Below, piece by piece: positions 42,202 through 55,531 of a DNA stretch of 64,000 nucleotides (positions are counted from its first letter, which is position 1; each line of letters begins with the position of its first letter). Position numbers and translations under genes: made by a program. Source of the stretch: Octopus vulgaris (lineage: Eukaryota); assembly GCA_951406725.2 (NCBI GenBank), contig OX597828.1, forward strand, positions 70,184,001 through 70,248,000, read 5' to 3'. The notes beneath the pieces were generated by a model. It made no database searches, was not told where the DNA came from, and saw only the letters and a list, made by a program, of their open reading frames with translations.

Positions 42202-42522
42202 ACACTCCTTCTCTCTCACTCTCTCTCTCTCTCTGACACACTCCTTCTCTCTCTCTCTCTCTCTCTCTGACACACTCCTTCTCTCTCTCTCTCTCTCTAA
42301 CACACTCCTTCTCTCTCTCTCTCTCTCTCTCTGACACACTCCTTCTCTCTCTCTCTCTTTCTGACACACTCCTTCTCTCTCTCTCTCTTTCTGACACACT
42401 CCTTCTCTCTCTCTCTCTCTCTCTCTAACACACTCCTTCTCTCTCACTCTCTCTCTCTCTCTGACACACTCCTTCTCTCTCTCTCTCTTTCTGACACACT
42501 CCTTCTCTCTCTCTCTCTCTCT
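42028..42522. repeat. Composite minisatellite GACACACTCCTT(CT)n, ~15 units
   Basis: Constant 12-mer separated by variable (CT)n. Confidence 0.9.
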
Positions 42523-42790
42523 GTCTACCTCTTTATCTGTCTATCTCTTATGTCAGCTGCACTGATATCAGATTGTTTGGGAAGAGGTATTTATCTAATT
42601 GATTACGCACACACACACATATGCACATACACACACGCATACACACACACATGTACCTATATACAAACATGCTCATAAATGCACTCATTGACACATATAG
42701 ACACATAAGCCTTCCCTCCATATACACACACATATATTGTTACACATTATGCACTCACCCTTTCAGATTATGATAGATCAATATAATTTC

Positions 42791-42795
<5 letters not shown>

Positions 42796-42824
<29 letters not shown>

Positions 42825-43092
42825 CTTCTTCTTCTTCTTCTTCTTCTTCTTCTTCTTCTTCTTCTTCTCCTTCTTCTTTTCCTTCTTCTTTTCCTTCTTC
42901 TTCTCCTTCTTCTTCTTCTTCTTCTTCTTCTTCTTCTTCTTCTTCTTCTTCTTCTTCTTCTTCTTCTTCTCCTCCTTCTCCTCCTCCTCCTCCTTCTTCT
43001 TCTTCTTCTTCTTCTTCTTCTTCTTCTTCTTCTTCTTCTTCTTCTTCTCCTCCTCCTCCTCCTCCTTTTTCTTCTTCTTTTCCTCCTTCTTC
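42796..43092. repeat. (CTT/CCT)n polypyrimidine array
   Basis: Direct reading. Confidence 0.95.
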
Positions 43093-43979
43093 TACACCAT
43101 TGTAGAAATTGTGATGATGATGATGTTATTCTTTCAACTATTCCATGTTAATGTATCCTATAGCACCACCACCACCATCCCCACCCATCCACTTGCGTTG
43201 CCTCGATGTTTGTGTTAAGATTGCCTTTTGGAGGGTGGGGCAGAAAATATAGAATTGCGTCTCTCTATACGACATCAGTCACTCATCGACACATTCTGGC
43301 TAAACAGGTTAAGAAGTTTGCAATCACAACACCCAGCTTCAATTCTGCAGCATGACATCTGGACCAGGACATCTGGAGCATGACATCTGGAGAAAGTGTT
43401 GCTATCTTTCGCTTTGGCTTACAACCTTCACCATGTAAGTGAAATTGAAGTAGATGGAACCTGTACTGAAGCTCATTGAATGGATTCTATGTGGAATTCA
43501 AAAGATCCATTCTTGTAGATCATTTCTGTCTAAGAGTATGCATGGTGTACCAATTCTGTGGAGTATTCAGTTGGACAACTAGAGCACTGTTACTGTGGCC
43601 AAGCTGGAGCAGTGCCTTGAAGGGTTCAGTTGACCAAATCAACCCCAGTATTATTTCTTTAAAGTCTGATACTTATTTTCTCAATCTCTTTTGGTAAAAT
43701 GCTAGGTTACAGAGACATAAACAAACTAACAACAGTTGCTAAGCAGTGTGGTGGTGGTGGGGGACAAACACAACCACATATACACAATGGACTTCCACAC
43801 AGTTTTCAGCTGCAAATTCACTCACAAGAGTGAATTTGGTAGACCAACTTTTTGGTCTGGTTCTTTAAATATAAAACACTAGCCTAATATGTTGCAGAGT
43901 GGGACTGAACCCAAATCTATGTGGTCACAAAACAAGCTTCTTAATCACAGTCATGCCTGCACCTGTGTGTGTGTGTGTG

Positions 43980-44023
<44 letters not shown>

Positions 44024-44073
44024 CGTTAGCCCCTACACGCAATTTTTTTCTCTCCTTGTTTCTTTTCTGTGTA

Positions 44074-44111
44074 TCTTTCTGTCGAAGAGCATAGGCTCAA
44101 AACGTAAAAGA
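44074..44111 (+). ncRNA. Degenerate minimal hammerhead (ACGT palindrome type) in a Penelope-like non-coding end
   Basis: TCTTT-CTGTCGA-A-GAGC(ATAG)GCTC-AAAA-CG-TA-AAAGA. Perfect stems I and II, both core boxes altered. Element 44018-44210 lies between (TA)n tracts. Confidence 0.55.
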
Positions 44112-44781
44112 CTTATTTTATTTCTATTCCTGAGCGCCATACTAATACATTATCTGTTTGTACTCCACCTGCCTTCGTCTTTTGTTTATTTTTGTAAACC
44201 TTCCCGTTATGTATATATATATATATCATCATCATCATTTAACATCTGTTGTCCATGCTGGCATGGGTTGGACAGTTTGACCAGGGCTGGTAAGCTGAAG
44301 GGCTGCACCAGACTCCAGTCTGATTTGGCGTGGTTTTCTATGACTGGTTGCCCTTCCTAATGCCAACCATTCTAAGAGTGTAATGGGTGCTGTTGTGTGC
44401 CACCAGCATGAGTGCCATTGCATGATACCAGAATCTGCCATGACTACAATCTCACCTGGCTTGATGGGTCTTCTACTCAAGCAAAGCATATCACATATTC
44501 TTTTATTCTTTTATATGTCTCAGCCTTGAGGTTGCAGCCATATATATATATATATATATATTTTACTTGTTTCACACATTAGACTGTGGCCATGCTGAAG
44601 CATCACCTTGAAGAATTTTTTTGCTAAATGAATTGACACCAGTATTTTTTTTTATTTTGCAAATCCTGCTACTTATTTTATCAATCTCTTTTTGTCAAAC
44701 TGCTAAGTTACAGGAACACAAACAAGCCAACACTAGTTATCAAATGGTGCTGGGGGGAACAAGCACACACACACCTATACA

Positions 44782-44812
<31 letters not shown>

Positions 44813-44905
44813 GTACATATGTACATACGTACTTACATACATACATACATACGTACATACATATGTACATACGTACATATGTACATATGTACGTACATAC
44901 ATACA

Positions 44906-44936
<31 letters not shown>

Positions 44937-44985
44937 GTACATACATACATATGTACATACGTACGTACATACATACATACATACA

Positions 44986-45016
<31 letters not shown>

Positions 45017-45100
45017 GTTTCTGTCTAATGAATCCATTCTGGGATGATGATCATGATGATCATGATGACACTAAATTCTACCATTTTCTGACAATTTCAG

Positions 45101-45320
45101 AGAAATCGAAGAGGACTATACAAGCTATGCGGCTGACATTGTTAGAAAATCTTCTTGGTCTGAGCTGGAGAATGAAGGCAAAACCATGTGTCCTATTTGC
45201 AATGTGAAGGAACTGAAGTTAAACTCTGACGGCACCAGAACTAACCAAAATGTCTGTAAGGACTGCCAAGAATTGACTTGTGATGATTGTGGTGAATATT
45301 CTGAGTCATTGTCAACCAAG
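45101..45320 (+). CDS. Internal exon encoding a Piccolo/Bassoon/RIM-type (FYVE-related) zinc finger, first six Cys; probable presynaptic active-zone scaffold
   Basis: Acceptor TTTTCTGACAATTTCAG and donor AAG|GTGAGT. 220 nt (1 nt + 73 codons), stop-free: EIEEDYTSYAADIVRKSSWSELENEGKTMCPICNVKELKLNSDGTRTNQNVCKDCQELTCDDCGEYSESLSTK. The CPxC..EL..N.N.CxxC-x4-CxxCG spacing matches zf-piccolo. Confidence 0.85.
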
Positions 45321-47532
45321 GTGAGTTAGTTACATGGAACCGTTTAACATTTCCTAGTCGGTGTGTCTCCTCTGCCTAGTTTTTCTGTATCTATGTAGTT
45401 GGTGTCATTTTATAGTTGGTGTCAGTAGATGATAGACATAGAGAACTAAAAAAAAAAATTAAATAAAATAAAAAAAAGAAAGAAAATAAAAAAAGAAGAG
45501 AAAAGCATTAAAATATTCAAAAGATATATATATAAAAAAAAGAAAAAAGTCATGTTTTGCTTTAAAAAAAATTGAAAATGAAATAATTATTTGAAAATAA
45601 AAAAGGAAAAAAGAAAGAAGAAATAAATAATAATTTGGGCCTGTTTCAGATGGATGACTGGGTGAATGGATGGTTGGGTGGTTGTATGAATGTTTGGATG
45701 GACGGAAGGATGGAAAATAAGAAAAAAGTAAGAAAGAAAAGAAGAAAGTAAAGAGTCTTATAAAGATCTTTATTATTTTTTTTTTCCTTTGTAGTTCTTG
45801 TGTGTTGTATGTGTGTCGTGTGTGGTGTTGTATATATTGTTACCATTCTCTTCTTTCATAGAATACAGCTTCCTTCCTTCTGCAACACAATGTGGCTGTA
45901 CTGTTTCCTTTTATTTATATATTTATCTTTCTAAAGTAAATTGTCAAACATTGCCAGATAAAGCGGAAAGTGGGACTTTTTTTTTTATGGTTTATTTGAC
46001 AAACAAACATTTAATATTTCAGCCAGGATCTTTCATCTGAGAGATGGGGGCCCTGTTTTTATGAAGAACTCATCCACTTGATACATTAAATATTTCATCT
46101 TCTCACACCTTTTGTTTCTTCCTTTCTATTAAAAAAATTTTTTTTCCTTAAATGATTTGGTCTGGAGGAAGGGACATTGATCAAGGTTTTTGCAGGCCAT
46201 CCAAGACCAATATAACACCAATATGTCTCTTTATCAAACTGACCCATACCAACATTGACTGGCATTGGTCATCTGAAATTAATTCTGCAGAATGTCTATG
46301 GTTAGTAGGAAAATATTTGAAGAAACAAAGCAATAAAAAAAGCAATAATTATAGTAACAAAAAAATTTTGTGTTGTAGAATTTCACCAGTTTAAGGTCTT
46401 AGAGTGTTGACCAGTAGCAGGACAGAGGCTGGAGTATTGACCTATTGAGTGAAGGTTGCAGTCTGACCAATAAGTGATGTTTGTATGCATAAGAGCAGGA
46501 ATGAAATTTGTTTAGGGGTACAAACCCAATTTTTCAGGAGGATGTTCAAAGTGTTTTAACTGTACCCCATAAATTTTAGGGGGAGCACTTGCAACCCCCA
46601 CACCCTCTGTTCTCAAGCCTGTGTTTGTACACTCAATAAAGTCTAAGAGATGGAAGGGGTGGAAGGGGTGTTTAGGCATCCCCAAAAAGAGAAGAATTGG
46701 ATTACTGACCAACATGTTGATGGTTCGACTACTGACCAACAGATGGTGTTTATGTACTCAGCAAGGAATGAAAGTTTGAACTAATGACCAACAGCATTTA
46801 TAAAAAAAAACTTTTAATAGAGCCTGGTCCAGCAGGGGCCATTTATGAGCTCAACATGGACGAAGGGCTGGAGTAGGAAAGCACTGAAACACTGCACAAA
46901 TGATACATCTTCTTTTTTGCTGTTACTCAGAGTATTCGAAACATAGCCAGCACTCCTATTCCACTGGTCAACAAATGAGATGTCTAGTTGTAATTTGCAC
47001 TTTACAAATTCCAGCAAAGATCTAAATTTGCAAACCTATTCCACCCAAGTCATTCTGGGTCCTTCAGATGTAAAAATATAATAGTCTTTCTTTTATTTTA
47101 CTGTTTTATAATCACACTGCAAAATGATATTGGTGAAGTTTAATGGTTAGCATTTGTTTTTACATGTCTAGATGCTCTTCTTACTGGTCCCTATTTCAAT
47201 CATGACAGAGAAAGATACTAACTATTGTCAGCCAGGTAGACTGAGGCTAGTCAGGGTTATACATACTTTTGCTTATGGCAGAGAAAGATATTAATGTTTC
47301 ATGATGAAGAAGAGAATACGCAGATTTGAACTCATGAGTTTACTGTTAGTCATCTTCTTACCATCAACACACCAACATTGCATTGCAGCAAATGGGCCTA
47401 AAAAATAAATTTCTATAAAGAAAGGAAATGAAAACAAATCCAAAAATTACAAAGTTAGGTTGTTTAATGATTTTAAATATATTATAAAACCTCTCTGATT
47501 AAACAAGCAACATCTTCATCTGAGACAAGTAA

Positions 47533-47565
<33 letters not shown>

Positions 47566-47625
47566 TTGTATATATGTGTATATATGTCTGTGTCTGTGTA
47601 TGTATGTATTTGTGTGTGTGTGTGT

Positions 47626-47685
<60 letters not shown>

Positions 47686-48178
47686 GTATTGTGGAACGGC
47701 AAGAAAATTACAAGTGAGTTGTTGTTTTAAATTGACATTAAGTGAAATTGGTAACGTGGAGAAAGATGATGGCAAGCGGCGCGAGGCCGGTTGTAGCATC
47801 TTTAGCTTCGTTAGTTGAATCAATAACTGAAATTGTTGCCAACTTCTCTTGTAATAATAATTCCAGCACACACTCTAACCCCTCCCCCTCCCCCATTCTC
47901 TCTCTCTCTCCCCCGCCATCCCACTCTCTCCCCCACCATCCCTCTCTCTCCCCCGCCATCCCTCTCTCCCCTCCGCCGCCATCTCTCTCTCTCTCTCTCA
48001 AAGAATTATCATATAACATCCTACATAGAACGGTGTACGTTACAAAATCAATTACAAGGATAATTTCTTGAAACTTTCCTCTACTTGTTCTTGACATTTT
48101 TTCCACTGTTTATGTTATTATTGTTATTGTTATCATTATCATCATTATCAAAGAAAAAATATCACAGAAGTGATAGAA

Positions 48179-48229
<51 letters not shown>

Positions 48230-49085
48230 GTTATTGTTATTATCATCATTATGATTGTCTTTGGTTTTTTCTTTTTTGGCATTGCTTTGAAAAATATTCT
48301 TCATATCAGTAGAATTGAAATAAACTGTTGTCTGTTGTGTACATAGGAAACAAAAACAAAAAAAAAGGGTAAAAAGGAAAGAAGAAAGGAAAAAAATAAA
48401 GTGAAACAAAGAAATAAGACAAAGGGAATATTATAGTTTTGGTTTTGTTATGAAGTAGATAGGGTGTGATTATGTTTGTGTCTGTTGTGAGGTGGAGTGT
48501 GTTGTGATGTAGAATTTTTTCTGAGATGATATTTGTTGTTGTTGGTGTTTGTTGTGGGATGGTGTTTGTAGTGATGTGAAACTGTTATGTTTTTTGTGAT
48601 GTGATGGTGTGAAACTATTTTGAGGTCATGTGAAACTGCTGCACTTGTGAGGTAGTTGCTAAAGTGGTTCTTATACAGTGGTCATCATTGAATGACCATT
48701 GTGTAATGGTGGGTGATTATGAAACAGTTGTTAAATAGCAATGTATCAAGCCTCACATTGGTCAATTAATCTATTTCTAGATTCTTAAGACCAATATACG
48801 AACACTGCACAACAGACAATTGACCAGCTTTTAACACCAGCATAACTAGTGCTGGCCACTCTGTTGCAACCACTTAGGCCAGCTCAGTGGTCTGAGTAGA
48901 ACTTCCTCTTGTCCTACCACCCTGAAAGGCAATATAGACATTCAGTATATATCCAACTTTCACCAACTGTCTACCCTACAACGTTTGCCAATATCTTTCC
49001 AGCCACTGTCTTATATATATATATATATATCATCATCATCATCATCATCACATCCGTTTTCCATGCTAGCATGGGTTGGACGGAA

Positions 49086-49141
<56 letters not shown>

Positions 49142-49163
49142 CATACATACATACATACATACA

Positions 49164-49199
<36 letters not shown>

Positions 49200-49208
49200 T
49201 TCATACAC

Positions 49209-49790
49209 ACAGGCATGTCAGAAGTAAATACACACCCTTGTAATCATTAGAATTTATTTAAATCTGAAATTATACATTCAAATTATTTATTTATTATCAT
49301 CATAATGTGAATATCTAATATTTAGTAGGCATGCCCTTTGCATTTTTCAATGCAAGGACCCTATTAGGCATGCTGCTGATCAGATGATAAACATTCTCTT
49401 GAGGAATTTCTTACCAAGTTTCATGTGGTAATCTCAAAAAGTCTGACTTTGAAGATGCTTTCTTGTTCTTCTTACAAAGTGACCTGTCCATTATACCCCA
49501 GAGGTGTTCTATAGGGTTTGTATCTGGTGATTGACTTGGCCATGGAAGCTTTTTAATGCCATTCTCTTCCAACCAGTCTTGGGTCTTTTTAGCCGTGTAA
49601 CAAGATGCCCCATCTTCGAAGACCATTGGAAGGAGTCTTTTCTGCAATATGGACTCATATTTATCTGAGCTTAGGTTGCCCTCACACTCCACCAGCTCTG
49701 ATTGGCCATTGCTCCAAATTGCTCCCCAGACCATCACAGAATAACCGCCATGTTTCATTGTGGTTTTTTGTCTGTTTTTTTTTGTAGTTT
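49209..49790 (-). mobile_element. Tc1-family DNA transposon 3' half (decayed DD34E transposase + TIR)
   Basis: KHGG.SVMVWGAI, (Q)DGA..., WPSQSPD.NPIEHLW motifs. Tc1-like TIR CAGGCATGTCAGAAGTAAATACACACCC at about 49210. Confidence 0.9.
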
Positions 49791-49829
49791 CAGCTCAGAG
49801 CTGCAGCCTTGCATTCATACATTCGTACA

Positions 49830-49960
49830 TGACAGGCTTCCATGGATACCCAGGAAAATAGGATATGAAATGTTGAAGGCTGACCTCAGGACTCTGAGCC
49901 TGATGGAGGAGATGAGGAAGGACTGGAGTCTCTGGTGATATTAGGTTCTCAAAAAGACTC
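49830..49960 (+). mobile_element. LINE (RTE-like) ORF C-terminal fragment
   Basis: PRKI.YEMLKADLRTLSLMEEMRKDWSLW resembles the PRKTW...DL..L.L......DR..W end of RTE ORFs. Confidence 0.55.
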
Positions 49961-52900
49961 TCCCTCCTCAGTAAAACCAACTTCTGGAAGTGCAGTTTTG
50001 TGCTCCCTATCCATGTTATAGTGAGTCCTCTACCCCCTCATGCATTATGCCTGCCTCTTCTCCTACCCTTGGCTCCTACAGACTACCCAATCATGTTATC
50101 TCTGCTGTCCTGTCCCTCCCATTGGCAGCTATCATCTTAACGCCCCCTTCCACACATCCCACCCCCTCATTCTTCTACATTCTTCTATCTTCTTCAGCTC
50201 ATGGTTTGCTGTTCATCCACCCTTCAACTCTACCCATTTTGTCAGTCTGCCACCCCATCCCTCATTCTCCTTCCCATACAATCTTGCAAACCACCCACCC
50301 AACCACCCACTCCTACTTAACTTGTGCCTTGGTGATGGTGGTGATGGTAGTGGTGGAGGCACTTGGGCACCTCGTCCACATCTCCTGCTGATCATTTTGT
50401 CTTTCTCTCTCTCCTCTTCCCCTATAATGAGGGAGCCATGCAGATTTCTTTGCAAGAACCTGCCCTGCCCACCTCTTCTCATAATAAGCTCTTCATGCCC
50501 TAGCATGCAACTGCCCCCCCCCCTCAACTCCCCCAGGTTTCATAGTCCTTCTAACTGCATCACAGCGTCAATAGTACAAGTGGCACATGAAAAGCACCCA
50601 GTTACACTGAAGTGGTTGGCATTAGGAGGGGCATCCAGCCTTAAAAGCCATATCAAAGCAGACACTGGAGCTCGATGCAGTCCTTGCACACATCAGATAC
50701 TCATCAAAGCGTCTAACCCATGCCAGCATGGAACAACGGATGTTAAATGATGATGGAGATGATGATCAATCCACTCACAGGGTTTTGGTCAGAAACACTT
50801 GTTAAGGGTGCCACTCAGTGGGACTGAACCTGAGACCGTGTGGTTGAGAAGCATCTTGATTGATCTCATGAAACGTGATCTTTTCATTCACTTTTTTATG
50901 TCTTCATAGAGTCACGTTTCCATCTCTTCCACCTCCTCCTTCTCCCTCCTCCTCCTCCTCCTCCTTCTCACCTGCCCCATCACCTCTTTCCCTATTTAAC
51001 TCTCTACCGACCACAATATCTTCTCACCTCAATACTTACCTGTTTATGTAGCTCTCTTCCTACTAAGCTACCCCCACCCACCCACCTTCCAACCAACCTA
51101 CCCTCCCACCTATCTCACTATCTCTATCAAGCTAATTTGCCATTGTTGCAGTAATTAATATTATCAAATATTGCCTCACAACTTATTCAGTTCAACCAAC
51201 AATGTTTAATTTTTGTTGTTGTTGTTGTTGTTGTTGTAGTATGATCTTGTTGTAAACAAAACAACACAAAAACACACAGATATAATATTCAACAATAACA
51301 TCAGCAACAACAACTTCTGTGTATGTCAATAAATTCTTTCATTATTATATTTATTTAACGATGCCGTGTTTCTTTTTGTTTTGTTTATGTATTGATTAAT
51401 TTTAATGTCCATTAATTTGGTAATCAACATTGATGGAATTAAAAGTCTTGGTAACTGTCAGTTAATGGACTCTGTTTCTCTGACTCAGTATGCTCATGGC
51501 ATTAGTTGTTCTTGTTGTTGTAGCTGTTGTTTCACCAAAGATAATGTTTGTTGTTGTTGTTGTTCTTGCCAGATTAACTTGGCTTTATTCTGGCTGACTA
51601 AATCTGTGGTTACGGTGCAACTTGAACCACACTCCCTCCATTCCACTCTCCACATCTTAAAGTGTAGCCATCACTCGTAAGTGAGTGTGCCTTGATAACA
51701 TGTACCATGCTTTCACTAATTGTTTTAGGTGCCTGAATGATCACAAGCAGACGTAGACACTTTGTTGGTGCTCCTACCATTTAGATTCAGTCACACATCC
51801 AAGACGTAGTATGAAGTTGAAAGGACCAAGAACTGCACCGATGCTCAGCCGGTTCTCTTCAGTTGAGAAGACAGGAGAAATATGAAGTCAGGTACTTCAA
51901 AGACAGACACACCCACGGTGCCCTTAATATAAAGCCATTCCTTAGCTTCCATTGTTGCATGTATTCAACAGCCACTGTTGTCTCTTATCTTCTATCTTTT
52001 ACTTGTTCAGGTCATTAGACTGTGGCCATGCTGGGGCACTGCCTTGTAGAATTTTTGGGGGGATTGAATCAACCCCAGTTCTTAAGTTTTTTAAGCCTGC
52101 TTCTTATTCTATTGATCTCTTTTGTTGAACTGCCAAGTTACAGGGACATAAACACACCAACACTGGTAGTTAAATGGTGGAGAGGGACAAGCACAGACAC
52201 AAAGACACACACACACACACACATACACACGCATGCACACACACAAACACGATGGGCTTCTTTCAGTTTCCGTCTCCCAAATCCACTCATAAAGCTTCGA
52301 TCAACATGGGGTTCAAGTAAAAGGTACTTGCCCAAAGTGCCATGCTGTGGGATTGAACCAGGAACCATGTGGTTAGGAAGCAAGCTTCTTACTACACAGC
52401 CATGCCTGTGCTTATATAAGTAATAAATATATATCATATATGTGATATAACACTTCCTCTTATGTAATATCCTGGTTTACATATATGATATACCACTTCA
52501 CACTATTCCAATGAAAGAGTTTCTGCATGGTCTGATGACTTGTTAGAAATAGCAATCAAATTATCCTCAAATCCCGCCCTTCAAAATAGCACACTGGAAA
52601 ATATTGTCCAAACCATATAATGCCTGTTGTTTATTGTGAATAATTCTTGACACTTCAAACGTTATGCTCTTATTCGAAAGAAACCACAAAAGTAAAAGAT
52701 TGGTTGAGCTCCAAAGATTCTTCACGTTTGAACAACATTGTTGCATGCAAGCAATTATGGTATCTGGCGCTTAGTTGCAACTTTTTCCGCCATGCTTTTA
52801 GGCTTGCCAATAATTTCTTCTCTTTTTATTTTTTTTGTGCATAATCATCATTTAGGCACCATAGGGTTAAATAGTAGCATCTCTTCGAGAAATGATGGTC

Positions 52901-53461
52901 GTGGCTGGAATGCCTTTGATCATAGGTCAGTTTGGACAGAACCAAATTCAAGCTAAGCAACAACAGCAACAACAACAACAATTCGTTATTGATGAAATAA
53001 AAGAAAAGAAAGGAAACTATAAAACTGGCCGATGTTGTTTGTTTCTGACATAAATCATCCCAAACTCGGCAGTAAAACACAATTGCAAGTAATTCACAGA
53101 ATCGGCAGCTGTAATAATGGCCAAGCCACATCACACGTGACAGTAATGTCTCCATCTAACATAACATACTTTATAATGGCAACGAGAAACAATTATCAAA
53201 TCATTGTCGTCGTCATCATCATCATCATCATCATCATCAGTTACATCCCCCCTCCTCCTCTCCTCACCTCCTCTATTCCACCTTCCTCCTTCTCCCCCCG
53301 CATCATCATCATCATCATCACAGCTTTCAGGTCTGCTTTCCCATGCTGTCATGGGTTGGGCAGGACTTTTCAGGCTGTTTTTACAGCCAGATATTCTTCT
53401 TCATGCCAACCCTTTTAGTAACCTCCTATGACATGGGTTTTACACTATGGGTTTTACACTA

Positions 53462-53540
<79 letters not shown>

Positions 53541-54040
53541 ATGTATGTTTATGTGTATATATATATGCGTTAGGAAGGGCATCCAGTTGTAGAAACTTTG
53601 CCAGATCAGGTTGGAGCTTGGTGCAGCCTTCTGGCTTGCCAGTCCTCAGTCAAACTGTCCAACCCATGCCAGCATGTAAAGTGGACATTAAACGACAATG
53701 ATGATGATGATATGCATGAAGTTGAGTGGTAAGAAGTTTGCTTCCCAACCAAATATTCATGAGTTCAGTCCCATTGCATGGCAGCCTTGTGAGTAGATTT
53801 GGTAGATGGAAACTGAAAGAAGCCCATCCTATACATATATATATATATATATGGTGGTGGTGGCAGTATCTAAGAGGACAGAGAAAAGGCTACTTTGTAG
53901 ATCTCCACACAATGGGAAAACAATTAAGTTAAGCAATTTGAGTCAAGTTGGAAAAAAATGATGCAATCAAAACATAGCAACACGTTACCAGCAGTGTATA
54001 ACAGCATCTGATGTCTGATCGATACCATCATACTGTGATA

Positions 54041-54092
<52 letters not shown>

Positions 54093-54152
54093 CAGGATGA
54101 GATTAAAAAAAACCAAGAATGTGAAGGTTTTCAGAATATTTATAAAGAGAAG

Positions 54153-54200
54153 GTCTTACAGCTGTTTCTAGGATATTTTATATATCCCTTCATCAGAGAC
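54153..54200 (-). ncRNA. Minimal type I hammerhead ribozyme, CAGCTG family (second copy)
   Basis: Minus strand: GTCT-CTGATGA-A-GGGATAT(ATAAA)ATATCCT-A-GAAA-CAGCTG-TA-AGAC. Element 54090-54460 is adjacent to (TA)n. Confidence 0.8.
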
Positions 54201-54478
54201 GGTGCGAGAAAATGTTTAAGTAATAGTTATAATAGAGAAGATATGAAATACAGAGTGAAGTGTAGGAATGAAAACAGACATGTGATACGTAAAGATATTG
54301 TATTTGCAGTTCTATTACTTAAGCAGAATGGTGTGGTGTATATGTAAGTTTCCTGTACCTTGTGTGTGAGTTCCAATGGTGTTTATAATTGGTCATTCCA
54401 AGCATAGAGTATTGTAAAGGGTGTTATTCAGTCGAGGGTTTTTTTTTAAGTGACTTAAAATTTACACACATACATATA

Positions 54479-54553
<75 letters not shown>

Positions 54554-54825
54554 AATGTTCTAATATCTACACAGCCTTGGTTTTTTTATCTCATTACACA
54601 AAAAATTCTTATGTATATATATAAACATATATATATATTTTCCATCAGTTGGAAAGTTTGACTGAGGTCTGGAGAGCCAGTGGCTATACCAGGCTCCACC
54701 CTGATCCAAGAGTGTAGCGGGTGCTTTTCACGAGCCATTGGCACAGGACCCAGTCAGGTGGACCTGGCATCAAGCACATTCAGATGGTATATATGTATAT
54801 GTGTGTGTATGTGTGTATAAATGTA

Positions 54826-54874
<49 letters not shown>

Positions 54875-54983
54875 GTGTGTGTATATATAAATGTATATAT
54901 GTATATGTATGTATATATAAATGTATATGTGTATGTGTGCATATATATACACACACACGCATATCTATATATGTATAAGTATG

Positions 54984-55025
<42 letters not shown>

Positions 55026-55081
55026 CTTATATATATGTATATATATACACACACAGACAAGCTCATATGCACACATATATT

Positions 55082-55290
55082 CTACTCCTTCAGTCATTAT
55101 CATTAACACGCGTCCGTAAGCTCATATATATCCCAGACACACATGAAATACACGTCTGTGAGTTATAAATCATTATGTCCGCCGCAAATACATCCCACCC
55201 AACCGACCGAGGTGTAGACAATACTTAAAGGAACTCTGCTTATTCCTCTTGTCTTCTCTGTCACTTTACCAATTTTTCTATTTTGTATTC
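55082..55290 (+). mobile_element. Possible decayed Penelope-like ORF C-terminus (GIY-YIG end)
   Basis: [32 protein letters not shown] is reminiscent of PLE endonuclease ends (..E..I....T.HP.G.N.D.G). Embedded in TA/CA repeats. Confidence 0.35.
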
Positions 55291-55499
55291 AGTTCTATTC
55301 TTTCACACCTGCCACAAACACATAGATGCAAAACCTACCTTGATGCCATAAATAGACGATTTCCATTTTACCGTTTCCTTTTAGTAATCTTTCAATGTCC
55401 AACTCAACAGTGTTAATATCTAGCAGACTCATCAATACATACATATATGTGTATGCATATGTGTGTGTATGTATAAATATGTATATATATACATATACA

Positions 55500-55531
<32 letters not shown>

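Noticed and set aside
41821-42447. 208 aa RE-rich ORF
   Set aside because: Translation of the (GA)n minisatellite.
42028-42522. CRISPR-like repeat/spacer appearance
   Set aside because: Spacers are only (CT)n, the context is eukaryotic, and there are no cas genes.
46817-47065. Coding-looking stretch PGPAGAIYELNMDEGLE
   Set aside because: Stop codon follows with no good donor and no recognisable family. Possibly a decayed TE or pseudogene.
47455-47526. CTTCATCTGAGAC resembling the CAGCTG ribozyme family
   Set aside because: The core is mutated and no GAAA box is recoverable, so it is too decayed to call.
52532-52556. CTGATGA-CTTGTTA-GAAA
   Set aside because: No stems. It is part of another common repeat (GCTATTTCTAGCAG family).
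52691-52790. KVKDWL as the continuation of the zinc finger (cf. VKEWLCxxC)
   Set aside because: No CxxC follows and there is no in-phase acceptor with a pyrimidine tract.
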